A DNA stretch of 64,000 bases, from contig JBEKTQ010000002.1 of the NCBI GenBank assembly GCA_049515895.1, positions 64,001 through 128,000 of the forward strand, read 5' to 3'. A program made the translations under genes and the position numbers. The stretch's first letter is position 1. The number at the start of each line of letters is the position of its first letter. The notes under the pieces are model-generated. The model made no database searches. It was not told where the DNA came from and was given only the letters and a program-made list of their open reading frames with translations. Positions 60,085-64,000 of this stretch are shown here, one piece after another. Origin of the DNA: Candidatus Bathyarchaeia archaeon (lineage in GTDB: Archaea > Thermoproteota > Bathyarchaeia > Bathyarchaeales > Bathycorpusculaceae).

Positions 60085-60253
60085 TCCGCACGCGTGCGCT
60101 CTGGCAATTGATCAAGCGCTGAGAATCTTTATAAGATTGATACAACTCCTAGAAAAGTCGGGAAGAAGTACCTAACTTCATTCTTGCTTATTCTCGAAAT
60201 AACAACTATAGTCTAGTGTATTTCTTCACCCAAGAAAAGGAGAAAAAAGAAAA

Positions 60254-63022
60254 ATGAAAACGCTAAAAAACAAAATTGCAGCCATGACGATTTCGATATT
60301 CTTTATACTTTCAATGACAGCTTCAATGACGCTAATACCAAATGCTAACGCACAAACTCTAGCACCGGGTAAGATAGATATTCAAACCTACGCTTTCATT
60401 CATTGCGGGCCTAATCCAATAGGCGTCGGCCAAACAATCACCGTCGGCTTCTGGATTAACATTCCTCCTCCGACAGCAAGCGGTCCATACGGCGATAGAT
60501 TTACCGGCATGAAGGTTACTGTTACAGCGCCTGATGGAACCAACACTACACTAGGACCGTTTACTTCTGATGACACAGGAGGAACATCTACTACATACAC
60601 TCCTACTGCTACTGGTACGTACAACTTCCAAATGAGCTATCCAGGACAATATTTGACAGGGGGTCCGAACGGCCTCATCCCGACGGCCACCGCGACAATC
60701 AAAGCGTTCGTCGGTGATTACATGGAGCCAGCCATTAGTAATATTTTCTCAGTTACAGTGCAGCAGGCACCAGTAGGAGGAGTCTCAGTAGCTCCTCTTC
60801 CGACATCTTACTGGCAGACACCAATAAATGCAATGAACGTCAATAACTGGTACGTTCTTGGCGGTGCATCCCTTGATGCTGGTGGATACACCACGATTTC
60901 AGGTTCAGCCTATAACGCTTCCTCAAACTATAACCCTTACACTACAGCGCCTCTAACTTCTCACATACTTTGGACAAAACCCGTCGCGTTTGGAGGGGTA
61001 CTCGGAGGGCAATTCGGCGGTACAACAACCTACGGCAATTATTACTCCACATCACAGTACGAAAAAAGATTTGAGCCTATAATAATTAACGGATATCTAT
61101 ACTACACACAACACCCAGGAAGCTCAACCAATCCGACGGCCAACGTTTGCTTAGACTTGTACACTGGACAAACAGTATGGACTGACGATTCCTCCAACTA
61201 CGGCGGCGGTTCTCCAGCGCAAACAGCCCTAACCTCAGCGGGCGTGGTAACGCCTCTATACTTCGGCCAAATACTTGATTTCGTCTCGCCTAACCAGTTC
61301 GGTGGCCTCGCATATCTATGGACTGAAGGAACACTAGCCGGAATGGTCTCGACTGGAACCACATACAACATGTTTGATGCTATGACGGGCAAATACATTC
61401 TGAGCATTGTAAACGGTACTACCATGGGGGCTTCAGGTGCGCCAGGTCCTAACCCTGATAGTGCTGGCAACATGATTGGCTACTATGTTAATAATACCGC
61501 CGGCACACAAGCAGTCATGGGCATAATCAATGACAACATCGGACCATCACCGACAGCGGTTACTATTAGCGGTCCCGCGTTGGAGATGTGGAACTCAACA
61601 GAATGCATTCTGGCAGGAGCATGGGCTACCCAAGCATCGGGCTGGCAATGGAGACCTCCACAAGATGGCGTAATTCCGTTTTCGGGTGGTATAGTGTGGG
61701 CAGTGGCACTTCCTACTAGCATTTCAGGTAACGCAGTGCAGAGTCCGTGGGGGATAGTAGCTGATAGCGATGCAATTGTTCTGAGCTCCTACTCTAGCAC
61801 AAGCGTATCCTCGTACTACATCCCAGGATGGATCCTTTACGCAGGCTACAGCATGACGACAGGGCAACGGCTATGGATAGAAAATGTAACAATTGCACCG
61901 TGGGCTGGAAACGTTAATACTGGATACGCTAGTGGTGACGGCGTTTTTACACTAGCTCTAAAAAGTGTTTACGCAGTAAACGGCTACAGTCAGACTACGG
62001 GAGCGCTGCTTTGGACAACTCAACTCACTGGCGCCAATGGAGCGACCCCTGACAGTTACGACACCGTTGGCGGCTACACTGACGTCATCGCCAACAACAC
62101 TCTTTACTATGCAGGCTTTGGCGGAGACATATGGTCAATAAACATGGCAAATGGAAAAATCAACTGGTACACCAACACAACAGCGCTTCAAGGTCACTCT
62201 GGCACTAACAGTCCCTATGACGTGTGGCCAATATGGGTCTTCGCTGAAGGAGGCGTTGCTGACGGCGTTCTATTCTTGGCAGAGGGACATGAATACAGTC
62301 CGCCGCTATTCCTCGGAGCACAGCAGCTGGCTATCAACTGCACCAACGGGAAACTAGTATGGAGCATAGATGCCTTCGACGTTGACGGCAATCCAACCAC
62401 CGCGTATGGCGTCATGATGGCCCTAAATGCATACGATAACCAAATTTACGCGTATAGCATGGGACCCAGCAAAACTACTATCAGTGCGCCTCAAGTAGGC
62501 ATAACAACTGCAACACCAATAACAATTACAGGTTCAGTCATGGATATTTCGGCAGGCTCATCACAGCAGGCAGTCGCAAAAGCCTTCCCCAACGGATTGC
62601 CATGCGTATCTGACGCTAGCATGTCCGCGTTCATGGAAGCAGTCTATATGCAGCAGCCGATGCCAACTAGCATAACCGGAGTCCCAGTTACAGTATACGT
62701 CTTAGACAGCAACCACAATTACCGTTCAATTGGCACAACCACGACTAACGCAAACGGTTTCTACAGCCTTGCATGGACGCCTGACATCACGGGTAACTAT
62801 ACTGTCACCGCCGTCTTTGCGGGCACAGACGCATACTATGGGTCTTCCGCCAATGCAGCCTTCTACGCCACTTTACCAGCGGCAACAACCGCACCGACAG
62901 CAACACCAGCGACAGGGTTAGCATCCAACACAACCGTCATATACGGCATCGTAGCAATCGCCATCATCATAGTCGTCATCGGCGCAGTACTCGCAATACT
63001 CGTCACAAGAAAACACCCATAA
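60254..63022 (+). CDS. Large surface protein with PQQ-like beta-propeller and Ig-like domains
   Basis: Signal peptide, PNPIGVGQ domain, AP.TSHILWT, TG...W blades, EYSPP, NAYDNQIY, C-terminal TM. Confidence 0.85.
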   Translation: MKTLKNKIAAMTISIFFILSMTASMTLIPNANAQTLAPGKIDIQTYAFIHCGPNPIGVGQTITVGFWINIPPPTASGPYGDRFTGMKVTVTAPDGTNTTLGPFTSDDTGGTSTTYTPTATGTYNFQMSYPGQYLTGGPNGLIPTATATIKAFVGDYMEPAISNIFSVTVQQAPVGGVSVAPLPTSYWQTPINAMNVNNWYVLGGASLDAGGYTTISGSAYNASSNYNPYTTAPLTSHILWTKPVAFGGVLGGQFGGTTTYGNYYSTSQYEKRFEPIIINGYLYYTQHPGSSTNPTANVCLDLYTGQTVWTDDSSNYGGGSPAQTALTSAGVVTPLYFGQILDFVSPNQFGGLAYLWTEGTLAGMVSTGTTYNMFDAMTGKYILSIVNGTTMGASGAPGPNPDSAGNMIGYYVNNTAGTQAVMGIINDNIGPSPTAVTISGPALEMWNSTECILAGAWATQASGWQWRPPQDGVIPFSGGIVWAVALPTSISGNAVQSPWGIVADSDAIVLSSYSSTSVSSYYIPGWILYAGYSMTTGQRLWIENVTIAPWAGNVNTGYASGDGVFTLALKSVYAVNGYSQTTGALLWTTQLTGANGATPDSYDTVGGYTDVIANNTLYYAGFGGDIWSINMANGKINWYTNTTALQGHSGTNSPYDVWPIWVFAEGGVADGVLFLAEGHEYSPPLFLGAQQLAINCTNGKLVWSIDAFDVDGNPTTAYGVMMALNAYDNQIYAYSMGPSKTTISAPQVGITTATPITITGSVMDISAGSSQQAVAKAFPNGLPCVSDASMSAFMEAVYMQQPMPTSITGVPVTVYVLDSNHNYRSIGTTTTNANGFYSLAWTPDITGNYTVTAVFAGTDAYYGSSANAAFYATLPAATTAPTATPATGLASNTTVIYGIVAIAIIIVVIGAVLAILVTRKHP

Positions 63023-63052
63023 ACGGCAAAACCAAACAAAAACATCAACTTC

Positions 63053-63061
63053 CCCTTTTTT
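63053..63061 (+). terminator. Oligo-T archaeal terminator candidate
   Basis: CCTTTTTTT about 30 nt after stop 63022. Confidence 0.45.
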
Positions 63062-63290
63062 AGTCCTTCAAAAATAATGGAGAGAAAATGGGGCTGAATA
63101 GGCTCTGGTTAAATCTAACAATCAAAGGCAAAAGCTGCAGTTGAACAATTTGCATTTAATCTTTTCTTCTTAAAATTCGGGTCCAGAGCCCCAGCAAACC
63201 CATTTTTACTTAATTGAAGATCTTTTTAATTAGCATAATTTTGGCAATTTTTTGAAATTAAAAATAGTTTTTACACAGTCTCAGGCAGGT

Positions 63291-63980
63291 TCAAGCCGCA
63301 AAGATTATCGGGTATATTTCTTTAGTGATGTATTCGGTGTATTTGTTTTTGTCTGCGGTGTTGAATATGGTGACCGATGCGTCTCGGGTGATGCCAACGA
63401 CATATCCAGTTTCTTTGGATTTGGCGACGATGTACCAGAGTTTGCCATGTTTAGTGTAGTCGTCGAAGAGCTGGGTGTTTGAAAGGTCTGGTCCGTACAG
63501 TGACAGTTTGTCCACGTTGGGTATGTCTACATCGTCAAAGAAGGTTATCTTTGTGCCTTCGGGGTTCTTGAGGTGGAACTCTTTTATGGTTTCAGGCGTG
63601 ATGCAAGCTTCGACTATAATGCCGACTTTTTCAAAGAGGACTTCTCCGAGTTTGTTGGCGACGAAGTTGGCGATGCGTTTCCTTTCGACCACCGTTAGAA
63701 ATGTTGTACCCTGAATTTTGGAGAAACTGAACATGGCTTCGATAGTTTGAGGCAAGGGTGCTCGTGTCCCTCGGTGGAAAGCGTATGTTACGTAGTCATT
63801 CGAGTAGACGCCATTGAGCATGTTCGCTTTCTGCTGAAGACCTACTACTTCACTTATGAGCGTAAAATTATTGTTGCCTTCCTCAAATGGCGTTTCAACG
63901 TGGTAACCGTTAAGATTCGAGGCAATATCAGCTATCGACATAGGTTGGGAGACCGTAAAAATTTTCCCAGCAACAACCAT
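63291..63980 (-). CDS. Hypothetical protein
   Basis: 229-aa ORF; FDDVDIPN..KLSLYG motif; function not recognised. Confidence 0.75.
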   Translation of the reverse strand: MVVAGKIFTVSQPMSIADIASNLNGYHVETPFEEGNNNFTLISEVVGLQQKANMLNGVYSNDYVTYAFHRGTRAPLPQTIEAMFSFSKIQGTTFLTVVERKRIANFVANKLGEVLFEKVGIIVEACITPETIKEFHLKNPEGTKITFFDDVDIPNVDKLSLYGPDLSNTQLFDDYTKHGKLWYIVAKSKETGYVVGITRDASVTIFNTADKNKYTEYITKEIYPIIFAA

Positions 63981-64000
63981 AACCGTTTCCCGCGAATATA

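Noticed and set aside
242-63714. Many 60-190 aa ORFs antisense to or overlapping recognised genes (e.g. 242-574, 16498-17073, 45891-46412, 47624-48061)
   Set aside because: Shadow frames of well-supported genes with no motifs of their own.

Overview
Archaeal chromosomal segment of TACK type, most consistent with Bathyarchaeia. Markers are TFE-alpha plus an RPC34-like TFE-beta, an arcadin-1 homologue, aTrm56, archaeal ThrRS/ProRS and large beta-propeller surface proteins. About 1-47 kb is dense housekeeping DNA: KEOPS kae1/bud32-ham1-rps15-DHH operon, proteasome beta, CDC48, FEN1, glmS, tRNA modification, aminoacyl-tRNA synthetases and the mbf1-hflX-trm56-tfe cluster. About 47-63 kb is accessory: surface proteins, mgsA, an SSB-like OB protein, and a decayed tyrosine integrase beside two tRNA-3'-end-like direct repeats. 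The strongest unusual signal is the mbf1/hflX junction. The conserved HflX N-terminus has no ATG/GTG/TTG start. It is reached from the mbf1 frame by a -1 shift at A-CGA-AAG, flanked by an upstream GGAGG and a downstream 12-bp RNA helix. This suggests a programmed frameshift giving an MBF1-HflX fusion, or alternatively an ACG start. All family calls come from recognised motifs, not from database searches. No rRNA, intact tRNA or CRISPR array was seen.
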